DNA of 64,000 nt, from NCBI GenBank assembly GCA_965153285.1, contig OZ229110.1, one strand, 5' to 3'. The notes below the pieces were generated by a model, which saw nothing but the letters and a program-made list of their open reading frames with translations, did not search any database and was not told the origin of the DNA. The position numbers and the translations under genes are program-made. The DNA comes from Podarcis tiliguerta (lineage: Eukaryota). This document shows, piece by piece, positions 24,463-36,400 of this stretch. The first letter of the stretch is position 1; each line of letters opens with the position of its first letter.

Positions 24463-27400
24463 TATGTTTGCTGTATGCTGGGTATGTCCTTCAGAAGCTA
24501 AGCGAGATTTCCTACAGAGACAAGAGGAAAGAAACTGGTGGAAACACTCTTTCCTTGTTGAATTCCTTTGGTAGTTTTGGCCTTTCAGCTAGTACATGAT
24601 GAGCCACATACATAGAGACTAGGGACAGCTTGGAAAGATGGAGACTCTTAAGAATTGACAGGGTATAGAGGTCTTATAAAAATGTGTGGATCCTAGAAAG
24701 GAAGCTGGGCATGTCATTAACTCTTTAGTTGGGAGCAACATCTCATGGATGAATTTTGGGATGGCGAGAGTGTCCTGTGATGCTGTTGAAGACAGAGTGA
24801 CTGTGGAATCAGTAGTTTGTATGGTGTTTCTAGAGCACTTTAGGCATTGGTGTGGGGAAGGTCTCTGTTTCTGCCATGACTCTTGCCCTGTATGGGGACG
24901 AGTTGTATGTCCTATGTACATTTACCCCTTTTCCTTATACAGGTGCTGGAGGGAATGCTGGAGGGAGCTTCCCATCTTCGCCCTGCCCTCCATGTTATTG
25001 GCAACTTGTTAGGTACCCGCTGTGACATGGAGCTGTTGTACAACTTCTGCAGTGACACAGGATTATCCCACTTCCTTGTGGAGCTAGCGGGAAGTATCCT
25101 GGAGAGTATCAACATCAAGCAGGTAGAGAAGAGGCATTCGCCAAAACAGGGGGTAGCCAACGTGGTGCCCTCCAGATGCTTTAGAATACAACTCCCTCCC
25201 TCCCAGCATGGCCAATGGTCAGGGATGATGACCACATTATCTGGGGGACACCATGTCGGGCATTTGCATTTTGAAGAGTTAAAGCGTCTAGGTGCATAGC
25301 AGGCTGTTATTTGGACCTTTTTCTTATTGGACTATAATCCAAACTAGGCATATAGTATTTGGATTTTTTTTTAAAAAAGAAGGTTCATTATGTAAAAGTA
25401 TTTAACTTGCACAAGGTTAAAAGCACTGTTAGAGTGTTCTGCAGAATCTGGAATATTTTGACAAGAATCATAAGCAGCTAGGAAGAAGAGGAGGTATGAA
25501 TGGCGGACAAGGGGCTAGGAACCGAGGGCTTGGCTGAGTAACTTTATCACCTGATTACTTGAAACCTCGAGGGTGTCTGACCTTACCACAGCTGATACCA
25601 GCATGTTTAACATATATGTGGATAACTCTGGGAACTAAAAACATTTATTGGTGAGATTATTTAAAAGCCTCATTCTTTGATCCCAAATTTTGTGCCGCAT
25701 GGAGTTTACACTGTAATGGAAAACAGTCTTTCCTCTACAGATTCTGTGCATCTGTACAAAGGTTAAATTTGGCACAGAATTCAACCCACTTTACTCAGAA
25801 CTCTGTTAGTTTCCTCCTCCTCCCATTCTTCTTACCTTGGCAGATGATTCCCGTAGTTCTTGATTACTGGTTCTTTCTATGGGGCACCCAACCAGGTCGA
25901 ATCCAGCTCCAAGAACACATTCCTCTCTCTCTATCCCACAGCAGCCCTGGTACATCACCCTACTGATAGACTTAATCGCTGTCCTGTCAGCCTACTTTGC
26001 CAGTGATTTCAACCGACAGCAGAGTGGAAAGAAGCAAAGGTAAGACACTTTCATGGCAGATGAAATATGAAGGTGAATTATGCTATGTTGTCAGCAGTAT
26101 GGGAGTAGGCAAAATTAAAGCACAGTGTGCATGAATACAGTAAATACCAAAAAGAAGCAGTTTCATTCCACACTCTGATGCCTTGTGCCATTATTTAGTC
26201 TGAGAACTGGAAATGGCATATAATGTCCCTAGTTACCTGTCATCATACAGGTTCTGAGCATTACACAATTATACAGTACTGGCCAAAGAAAGGGAGAATC
26301 TGAGTGCCTGTGTTGAGCTCACTGCCATGTTTCAAGGCTAAGTTTCTATGTTGAACCTATAAACACAGATACTTCTCTAGTTTGCAGGCATTCCACAGTT
26401 CTGCCAGTCGCTTCCTTGCCCTGTTACCTGCACTGCTGGTTCAGCCCACAGACCAAGAGAGCAGGCTGCGAGAACAAAGCCTGATGGTAAGGGTCCCTTT
26501 GAAGCCTCCTATCTCCTGGTCTACTCATCTCCATCTTGTCTCAGTCTCTCTCCCTCTCCCTTCAGCATCCCTTTAATGTTTAATGCTCAATTTAATTTCA
26601 TTAAATTTAATTTAAGGGAAACTATATTAAATTTAATTCAGTTTTCTTCTCAATTTAATGTTCACTTCTCCCTGCCTACCCCTGGAACCTGTGTGTTTTA
26701 AGGCTTGGGACAGAAATGGGTTCCAACCCAGAGTTTGACTTTTTCAAAGATGAGGAGCAGCTATTGTTCCTACACCCCAAAATATATAACATATTTGTAG
26801 TACATTCATTTCTGTGCCCTCTTTTGTCTTTGGCTACATACAGCATAGCATATGGCTTCTGGAAGGTTGCCCAGAAGGGAATGCGGGCCTCAGGTTGAAA
26901 AAGTCTCCCCACTCTTGCTCTAGGCTCCCCACAACTCCCAGACCTATACTATCCTCACTGCAACAGCATCCCTTGTCTCTTATCCTTACAGTGCTTCACC
27001 CACTTGTGTGAGAGCATGGATTGTGCCTGCCCATCCATCTCCATTCCCTTTTACACCAGCTTGTTTGAGGAGCATCACCGCCTTCTGGATGTGCTCTGCC
27101 ACGAGGCTAGCTGTAAGCAGCCAGCTCAGGAAGGTAACAAATGCTGTGGAGAATGTGCCCATCTGACTGCATTTTGGGATAATGCAAAATGCCTCCTGAT
27201 TCCAGACTAAACATCTGAAAGAACTTTCCGACAGTAGGAGCTGTTCAACAGTGGAGTGGTCTCTCTTGGGAGGTTGTGGACTCTCCTTCCTTTGAGGTTT
27301 TTAAGCAGAGGTTGGATGGTCATCTGTCATGGATGCTTTAGTTGAGATTCCTGTATTGCAGGGGTTGGACTAGATGAACCTTGGGGTCCCTTCCCACTCT

Positions 27401-30400
27401 ACAATTCTATGAAAACAGGCCTTTTCAGTGGTGGCTGCCTAATTATGGAGTGCTCTGCCCAGAGAGGCAAGCCTAGTGTCATCTCTATTTTTATGCACCA
27501 GGCAAAAATGTTTCTTTTACCCAGGCTTTTCACTCTTAATTTGATGGTTTAAAGGTAGGATGGATGTAGTAGACCTCCCTTTTATATGGAGGATGCATTT
27601 GGGTCCACTTTGAGCAAAAAAGTGACAAATAAAAGTAGACAATAATAGATAATATCACTGTAAGTGGCATTTCTGTTCCACTTCCAGTTGGTGTATTTAA
27701 CCTTACTTGGTGTATTCTGTTTGCTCCCCAACCCCAACAGTGTTCCCCAAAGAAGCAAAGGCAGTGCAAGAGTGGAGTGAACACTTGGCAGTTGCCTCTA
27801 CTGCAGCCCTAGCTGCATCCTGCGGCATCCCAGGAGGGCACAGCACATGTCATAAGGCCAAAAAGCAGGTGGGAGTCTTATTGGCATTTATGTTTCTGAG
27901 AAGTTGGCTATATTGCTCCCTCAAGTGGTGGAAAATGATAATGGTGTTAGCACTGAAGGCAAGGGATTTCCATTGCAGATCTCTCAGCACATAGCCCAGA
28001 AGCTCATTGAGAAAGATAATGACCTGCTTCCAAGTCTTCTCTCAGGAATTGAGCGCTCTGCCTCTTCTCTCAATGGGATGAAGGTAATGCATCTCCCCAT
28101 GTTCCCTTTGCTTCTCTGGGAGTCGGGGAATTGGTGCCCAGGGCATCTTATCCTTGGAGGCAACATGCCTTAATGCATTCCCTTTTCCCTCCTCACTTGG
28201 GAAGAAAGTGATGATGTCTCAGTGGTCTGATATTGCTTTGCATTTCCATCACCCAGGTCCTGTATGCCTGTTGCCATGTCAGTCTGACTCTGTGCCATCG
28301 CTTAGCAAATCCAGAAAGGCTGAGCTCCCTGATTTGTGCCCTGCAAGGCAAGGTATTTTTTTATTCTGAAACTGCAAAGAGAACTGCCTCATCATGAGCA
28401 CATGCAAAGTCTCAGCCCTAAGAAGGTGGGGTGGGGGAGAAAGGAAGCTGCCTCTTACCAGGTCAAACTATTTTCCCATCTGATATTGTCCACTCTGACT
28501 GGAAGTGTCTTTCCCTGGTCTCAGTCAGGGGGTCTTTCTCGTCAACCTGCTCCCTGATCCTTATTTAATCAGAGATGCTGGGGTTTGAGAGTTAATGAGC
28601 AAGGAACTGGAAACTATCAGGGAAAGGATGGTGTGGAAACAGGAGAGGTGTTCCAACATGATTGGCATGGGCAGGGGAGGGGCACTGAGATAACCATGGT
28701 TTTAGAGCAAAACATTGTGAGAGGAACATTGGGTAGCTTCTCTTAGGAGTGGATATGGGATGGAAAGGTGATGGTTTATGGGGCCAGTGTTTCAGGACTG
28801 AGCCTTGTCTCTTTGAAAGGTCCCACTGACTGAAGTGGCACAAGTACAGGCAGCTGAAGCCTCACTGAGACTCTTCTCCCTCCTGCTCCTCCAGCTACAG
28901 ATCCTCCCACCTCAGTAAGTGTTGTTGCTTTGGCACCGTTCATATTCTTGCCTTGACTGCTTGGGAACAAGGGAAAGGGCTCGCAGAGACTTAACTTGAG
29001 TTGTGTGGATTGGCAAGAAGTAAGGAGAGTCAGGGGGACGCGGGTGGCGCTGTGGGTAAAACCTCAGCGCCTAGGACTTGCCAATCGTCAGGTCGGCGGT
29101 TCGAATCCCCGCGGCGGGGTGCACTCCTGTTGCTCGGTCCCAGCGCCTGCCAACCTAGCAGTTCGAAAGCACCCCTGGGTGCAAGTAGATAAATAGGGAC
29201 CGCCTAGTAGCAGGAAGGTAAACGGCGTTGCCAGATGCAGCTTGTCACGCTGGCCACATGACCTGGAAGTGTCTGCGGACAGCGCTGGCCCCCGGCCTCT
29301 TAAGTGAGATGGGCGCACAACCCTAGAGTCGGACACGACTGGCCCGTACGGGCAGGGGTACCTTTACCTTTAAGGAGAGTCAGTGCTAAAATGGGGAGGC
29401 GCTTGACACAACCCTGGATTTGAGGGATATGCCCCATCGCAAAACGTGCCAGTCCAAGAGATGTTTTGCAGGAAGATGTACAATGGTGCTTCACTGTGCT
29501 CTGTAAGCAGATACATCCCTCCCACTACACTCTTTTAATGTTTGCTGTAGCTGTCCTAAACTCAGGAGCAGCTTGCCCAAAGTGGGGCCCAGTAGCAATA
29601 GCCTCCCAGCTATTTACACAGAGTATACATAAGGAGAGAACTGGCACCTGTGTTCAGGACTAGACTTCTGGTGACTGTAAGCCATGCTGAACTGATGGTT
29701 TCTTAGTCTGAAGCAGAAAGTACCCAGCAGTGAGCAACAATGCTGCCAAGAAGTTTTTTTTTATATTTAGAAAATGAAATTACTGGTTTTTAGGATTCCA
29801 CTGAAGCTGCTACATAACATAACCACATTTTTTTGAGCCACAGTGCAGCCCCAGCCTTAGTTTTCGGCTGCCGTTCCTTTTCCAGGCACACACTTAAGTG
29901 TCTGGCAAGTATTGCTAGCTTTGAAGGTGAGGGCCTTGGCATCCGTTGCTTCATCCTTCTAATGCTGCTATTTCTTTGATTGTGGTTTAGGTCTGAAATA
30001 GTGCTGAAGGAAGCCATGGCTCTTTTCAACCATGCAACAGCTACCTCTGTTCTAGTGAGTAATATCTACTCCAGGGTAGAGTTTAGAACTGTCTATATAG
30101 ATTCTTTTACCCCATATGTGTAATCTGATTGTCAGTAGCCCCAGCTGTAGGTTTGTACTCACGAGAAACTCTTCCACACTGCACCCGATGGCGAGTGATG
30201 GATTCTCACTAAGGTCAAGGAAAGGACCAAACAGTTATCTTCCCTCACACAGTTGGAGGTATTGTAGACAGAGCTTCACAAGCTGTGAAAAAGAGGTATC
30301 CCACTGTTCCCACAAATGTGTACTAGATACATCTGGACTGCAAAGAAATGGTCTGCCTGTTACCCTGTCATACCAGAGGTATCGGAGTTGGACTTCTGTA

Positions 30401-33400
30401 GACTATGAAGGAGAAAGCAGCATTGCCATTCCTGCGGGGAGTCTAATAACTAGATTTGCATCCAGTGCAAGTAAAGAAGGCATTCTGGCCATTCCTGCAC
30501 ACAGAGGGGTCTCTCTGTCTTATGCAGAGTGCTGCAGGATTGCTGCTGACATACTTCATTCAAAATGGCGCTGCTGTGATGATCAGGCAAGAGGAAGCCA
30601 TGGCCGTTATAGCTACTGTATTCACAGAACCTGCAGAGGTAAGAAACCAGCTCCAGGCAGACAGGGGCAAATCAGGACACATAGGCCACTAGCTGTGTCA
30701 TGCTTGTCATGCCATATAGTGGCTGACTTTGAGGTCACTGTCTCAGGTCTAGTCCTTTCTCTTGGTGTCTTTCAGCTATGCCTGCCACCTCCCATGGGAG
30801 CTGGCTTCTATGATGGGCTCCTGCTCTTGATGCTGCAGCTATTAAGCCAGGTATGACTTCATGCCCCACCAAGCAGCTCCCTTGCATTCTTTAGAGCAGC
30901 ATTGGCCAACCTGGTGACCTCCAGCTGTTGCTAGATTGTAATTTCCATCAGCCCCAGCCAGCATGTGGTCCAACAAACAGTTATGGTCTAACATCTGGGG
31001 GCACCTGGTTGGCAAAGGCTGCTCAAGAGGATGTACACAAATGATCCAGGAGGTATTAGAGAAAGTATTTGCTGTTAGGTGAAGCAGAATGGGTAGGGTA
31101 AGAAATGGCCTGCTTAATTCCGCCAAGGCCGTGTGTGTAGCCCCTCAGCTCTTGGCAGTAGGGAACTGGCTCTCATCCAGGTGCTGTCCTGTCTGTTCAT
31201 GGACTTCCTTGGAAGTTGGAAGGGCCACTTTGGGTCAAAGGACGCAGCAGCCCTCCCCAACCTGGCATCCTCAATGTTTTGGGCCACAATTGTCATCACC
31301 CCAACCATTTTCTAATCTATACTTAACTGGGGCTGATGGGAGGTGGAGTTCCAAACATCTGGAGGGCACCAGGTTGGGTAACACTGAGATAAAGACAGTA
31401 CAGTCTAGAACTGGACCTAAACAACCCAATTTGCTAACATAGTTATACAGCTATGATAATTTCCAAGCATATTTTCTGGCTAGGTGGCTCAGTTCTTTCT
31501 ACAGAATTTGAAAGTTACAAAAATACTGTTGAGGACATTGCACTATTCTTATCTACAATTTGCTGTGTATGTATATTTGTGCGTGTGAAGAAACTCCAGC
31601 CAAATTCTCACCTATAGCCACCTGCATATCACCACATTGTTTTTTCCCTCTTATGGACTAGAAGTTTGCTTCCACCCAATTAAAATATATTATAATAGCT
31701 AAAATGTAATAAAAGCAGTGTCTTAGGATTCTCCAGGATTAACCCTGTTCCATCTTTGAAAATATATGTTGCAGTTGGTGGTGATGAAGACCTTAAATTC
31801 CCTAGCAAAATGGGGAGGGCAGTTAAGTCCCTGCCCTTTCTGGGCATATCAGCTGAGTTATGTGCAGCAGTTCCTCTTTGTGGACGCCCAGCTTCCTGCT
31901 TTTTAGATACAGGTGGGAAGAGAGGTCCAGTCAGAAAGGGTTTAGGTCTGTCAGGCTACAGAGGGAGCATCCATGGAATTAAGGTGTCTCCGATGAGCCA
32001 AATCCCTGAGCTGCAATGCAGAATAGGGTGTTTAGGCTCCCATCTCACTGCTCTGGGGCTTGTTCCTCTTCTGTCAGGGAGATGCAGCAGTAGTGCGGGA
32101 GTTTGCTACCTCCGAACTCTGGGGCATCGTGTGGCATCGCTTTGCCATGGTGCTCCACTTGACTTCTCAGGAGCCACTGATGGAAGGAGACACCCCAAGA
32201 GCTGGCCAGCAGGCACCAGAGCCATACTGGAACCTCATCTCACCACAAGGTACAAAGTGGCTTTTCCTTTAGTAAGAACCACCCCAAATTGCCTCTTGGG
32301 CGTCTTCTCTTGCTATTTATGTGTCAGAAGACAGAGCTGAGGTGGTTCGTCTTGGTGAGGCTGTATATAAGGATGCTCACAGTCTTTCCATGGTGCCAGG
32401 CCTGGTTCTGGCAGTCACCTCTCCGATTGGGAAAGGCAAGGAGACATTGAATAGGTGGCTAAGCGGTACTCACTCGTGCTTTCCCTGCTGTAGGAACCTT
32501 GCTCTTCCTCAGCTTAGCCCTCTTCATCTTCACACGAGAGCCTCACCAGTGCCTTCTCCAGCTGGGCCAACCCAATGGGGTCATGATGGCAACCCTGAGC
32601 AAGCTGCTTGAACCTGACTTCCTGACTTACTTGGCACAAACGTGAGTGATAAATCCGGGGCTGAGCTATAGAAGGAAGTAAACTAAATGCTGCTAGAGTG
32701 GGACGAGGGCAGGGGGCTGCTGCATAGAAACATACTTGTCATTTGCCCAAACACAGCACAGCAATAGAGTCTCCCTCAAACCTGATTTTGGTCTAGCTCC
32801 TCCCCTTCTTACCAACTCCCATTTTCAGCAAGAAAGCTGCCCCAAGACGCAGAAGTGGATGATATGCAACCTTCTGTGTCCCTTTGTTCAATCTCAGGAA
32901 TGTTCCGGATACATGCAGCTGAATCTGGCTTTCTAACAACCTTTGTTTTCATATTAAAGATGAAGATTTTAGGATTATACTTGTCCGTAAAGGTTTTTAT
33001 TGAGCAGGCCACTGGATTAGATTAGGTTAGAAAGAGGCACTAGTTGTGCTCTGCATATCTCCCAAACTCTCCTCAGTTTCAGCTTCTTATTATAGCATCC
33101 CTATGTACACCTTATTCCTTGCCCTTTTCCAAACTTCGCCAATGTATTTGATTCCTAATTCCAAAAATTACAGTCAAAATAAGGTGTGCACATTAAGCCT
33201 ATTTCTGCTTTGGTATAACACAAAAAAGTTAAAGGACCCCTGACAGTTAAGCCAAGGGAGCCGACGTTTGTCCACAGACAGTTTTTCTGGGTCATGTGGC
33301 CAGCATGACTAAGCCGCTTCTGGTGAAACCAGAGCAGCGCACAGAAACGCTGTTTACCTTCCCGCCGGAGCGGTACCTATTTATCTACTTGCACTTTGAT

Positions 33401-36400
33401 GTGTTTTCGAACTGCTAGGTTGGCAGGAGCTGGGACTGAGCAATGGGAGCTCACCTCATTGCGGGGATTCGAACCACCAACCTTCTGATCAGCAAGCCCT
33501 AGGCTCAGTGGTTTAGACCACAGGGCTACCCGTGCCCTGCTTGGTGCAACATATCTATAAAAGAGCATATTTGCTTATTTTATGAAAAACAGTGATTTGG
33601 CTCAGAGCAATTAACTTTTTGTTCAAGACATCCCTTAAAAGCACCATGTAATGACTGAAGGCCAGGGCAGGGCAGATGGAATATAGAATGTTACCTTATA
33701 CCAAGTTAGACTATTAGTCTACCTCATTTTCATTTATTGTCTACACTTGACAGATAAGAGGCTCTCCAGGGTTTCAGACTGGAGTCTTCTTTTTCGGCCC
33801 CTTATGGGGATTGAACCTGGGACATTTTGCATGCAAAATATGCATATTGAGCAACAAATCTCCCCTTACTGCTATTGTGGCATGGTTACTAATAGATATT
33901 GTTTCACTAGGCTGTTTCAGTCAAGCATCTGGAGCTTACTATTGCAGCCCAAATATACTTACAGCTGGAAGGTAATACTTCACTATGACGGCTTTCCTCC
34001 CTCTTCCAGGCAGATGCAAGAGGATGGTGACCCAGAGCTGGTGTCAGCTGTTGTGCTCCAAATTTGCCAGCTGTTCTGTTTCCCCTTTGCTCTGGACATG
34101 GACCCTGAAACTTTAGAGCTTATCACAACAGGTCTAAGGGACTCTGAAATCCCTGCACGGTTACTCCAGGTAAAGCTTTTCTCATGTTGGTCGTCTAAGC
34201 ACTAGAAAAGTGAAGCCAGGGGGAAGGATCTTACCTCTCGTTCCCCACTTCTCCCAAGGATGCAGACTCTGCCTTAGCCAGACCAGTTGTCCTGCTCCAC
34301 ACAAAGCAATGCCTTTCATCCTGATTCATGGTGGTTGTGCTTATGTGGATGCACTCAAAAAACTGCTTTTCATAAAATGAGGCACCAAATGCCTTTTTTG
34401 AAGGTGGTTGTAGGCTGGGGAAGGGATGGAAATGCCAGCCTCATAAAGACATAAGGGAATTTTTACCCTTTATGGGAAACATTTTTAGAATGATAAAGGT
34501 TCAGAGTTATGTCCAACAAAGTTGTCCAGTTTGTGGAAAGACTACAAATAGATTTTGTGGCTAGGGTGAGGAAAGGAAGTTCCATTGCATAAGCAAAAGT
34601 TTTTGCACAAACACAACTTTGTTGGTGCCAACTTCATACTGATATGCACACTTTGAGACACTATTCTGCTTTTGCTTTCTTTGTAGGCCTGCATTCACCA
34701 CCTTCCCTTCTCAGAGACAGAGTTGCCATTGAGTCTCCTGTGCCACTTGGTGCTGAGCGACGAGGGAGTCATTGAGCAGGTGGTGGGGGTGGCTGCCTCA
34801 AAGCATGCTGTTGCCTTCTTGTCTGCCATTTTGCTATCAGACCAAGTAGCCCTTACTGCAGACTTGCTCTCTCTGCTCACCCACATAGCTCGGGCCAGTC
34901 CAGCTCACCTGCCTTTCCTACAGAGACTCCTATGTGGTTCAGACTCTGCTTCCCAACCACTGAGCCACCTGCTGTGCCACCAAGAATGCCCGGTTCGTGC
35001 CAAAACTTGCAGCCTTTTGGGGAACTTGCTGCGCCACAGACAGGGGTTTCCTCAGGTTCTGCAGGACCAGATTGGGCTGCTGGAACATCTGCTGGAACGC
35101 CTTTCGGATGAGGACGAACATGTGCGACGCTCAGCCAGCTTTGCTGTTGGCAATGCAGCCTACCAGGCTGGCCCTCTTACTCCAGCCCTCAGCAAAGCAG
35201 TCCCTTGGGTTGTTCAGCTCCTGAGTGATCCTCAAGCCAAGACCCGCTGTAATGCAGCTTCAGCACTGGGCAACTTGGGCCGCCAGTCGGTGGAACTGGA
35301 GGATTTGCTGATTCAGAGCAGGGTACCTGGTCGTCTATTGGATGTGGCCTGCCATGATTCGCAGCCAGCTGTGCAAGAGGCAGCACTCATTGCTCTTCGA
35401 TCTATTGGCCAGCAGCCCAGGATCCACCAGGTATTAGTTCAGCAACTGTTGAGGGAAAAGACTCGGCCAGCTGAGGGCAGGCCCTAATAAACCAGCAGTC
35501 AGATTTATTGTGCTTCAGTTAATTCCTGACAATGCATAATGGAAGCCTTATTGCAAGGTTACCTGCCATGGTTGTTGAGGATAATGAAGCTTTGCTTGCT
35601 GGTCAAGAATTGAGGTTTGTACATTGGGGCAAAAAAAAAAAAAATGACATTGGTAGGTTCTTGTTGGCGGGGCGGGCTTGAGAGTTCATTGCTGCTATTA
35701 GCTGCCATATTCTCTTGACCCTTCCTTTCTATGAGAGAAGCACTTTACAAACAGTCAGTGTGTGATACCTGACTTGCTTTGCCATCTTAATAAGCAGTTA
35801 TCAATATAACTCAACCTGTTCCATTCTTTCAAAAACAGTTGCGCATAAGTGAGCTCCAAACTATCCCACCACTGGGTTCTCAAGGAATAGATGTTTTTTT
35901 CCATGATAACTTTCTGTTGGTTCAAAGTGTCTCTGAGCTTATATTAGGTCACCCACCAGTAGATCTCATTCTTCCTTTACCTAGTTACAATCATCACTTT
36001 TTATGTGTAAGGGTGGTATCCAATGCACTAGCTCTGTTAGTGCAAGGATTGGCATTTGTGCAATGGAACTCTCCTTGATTCTTGTGCACCTCAAACCTTC
36101 CCCAAATTTGCTTTGGATGGCTGTGGAAGCCCCGTAACAGACTTAGAGGGTATGCAGGGAGGAAGGGGAGTTACTTTGCACAGCCAAAAGGCCTTGCACC
36201 GACAGTACACTGAATACAACCCTAAGTTGCTAGTCCCCTTTCTATGAAAACATGACTGTGTTCCCCAAGAATAATAGAATTATAAAGTTGGAAGGGTTCC
36301 TGAGGGTCATCTAGCCCAACCCCCTACAATCCAGGAATCTCAACTAGATTGTATGTGACTAGTGGCCATCCAACCTCCGTTTAACAACTTCCAAGGAAGG

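Noticed and set aside
29034-29115. tRNA gene (A and B boxes)
   Set aside because: It is the head of a Sauria SINE with body, tail and TSD.
30116-30856. 246-aa plus-strand ORF
   Set aside because: Only its last ~25 codons are a real STK36 exon; the rest is intronic or out-of-frame read-through.
31756-32340. 194-aa ORF
   Set aside because: Overlaps an STK36 exon in another frame; no independent support.
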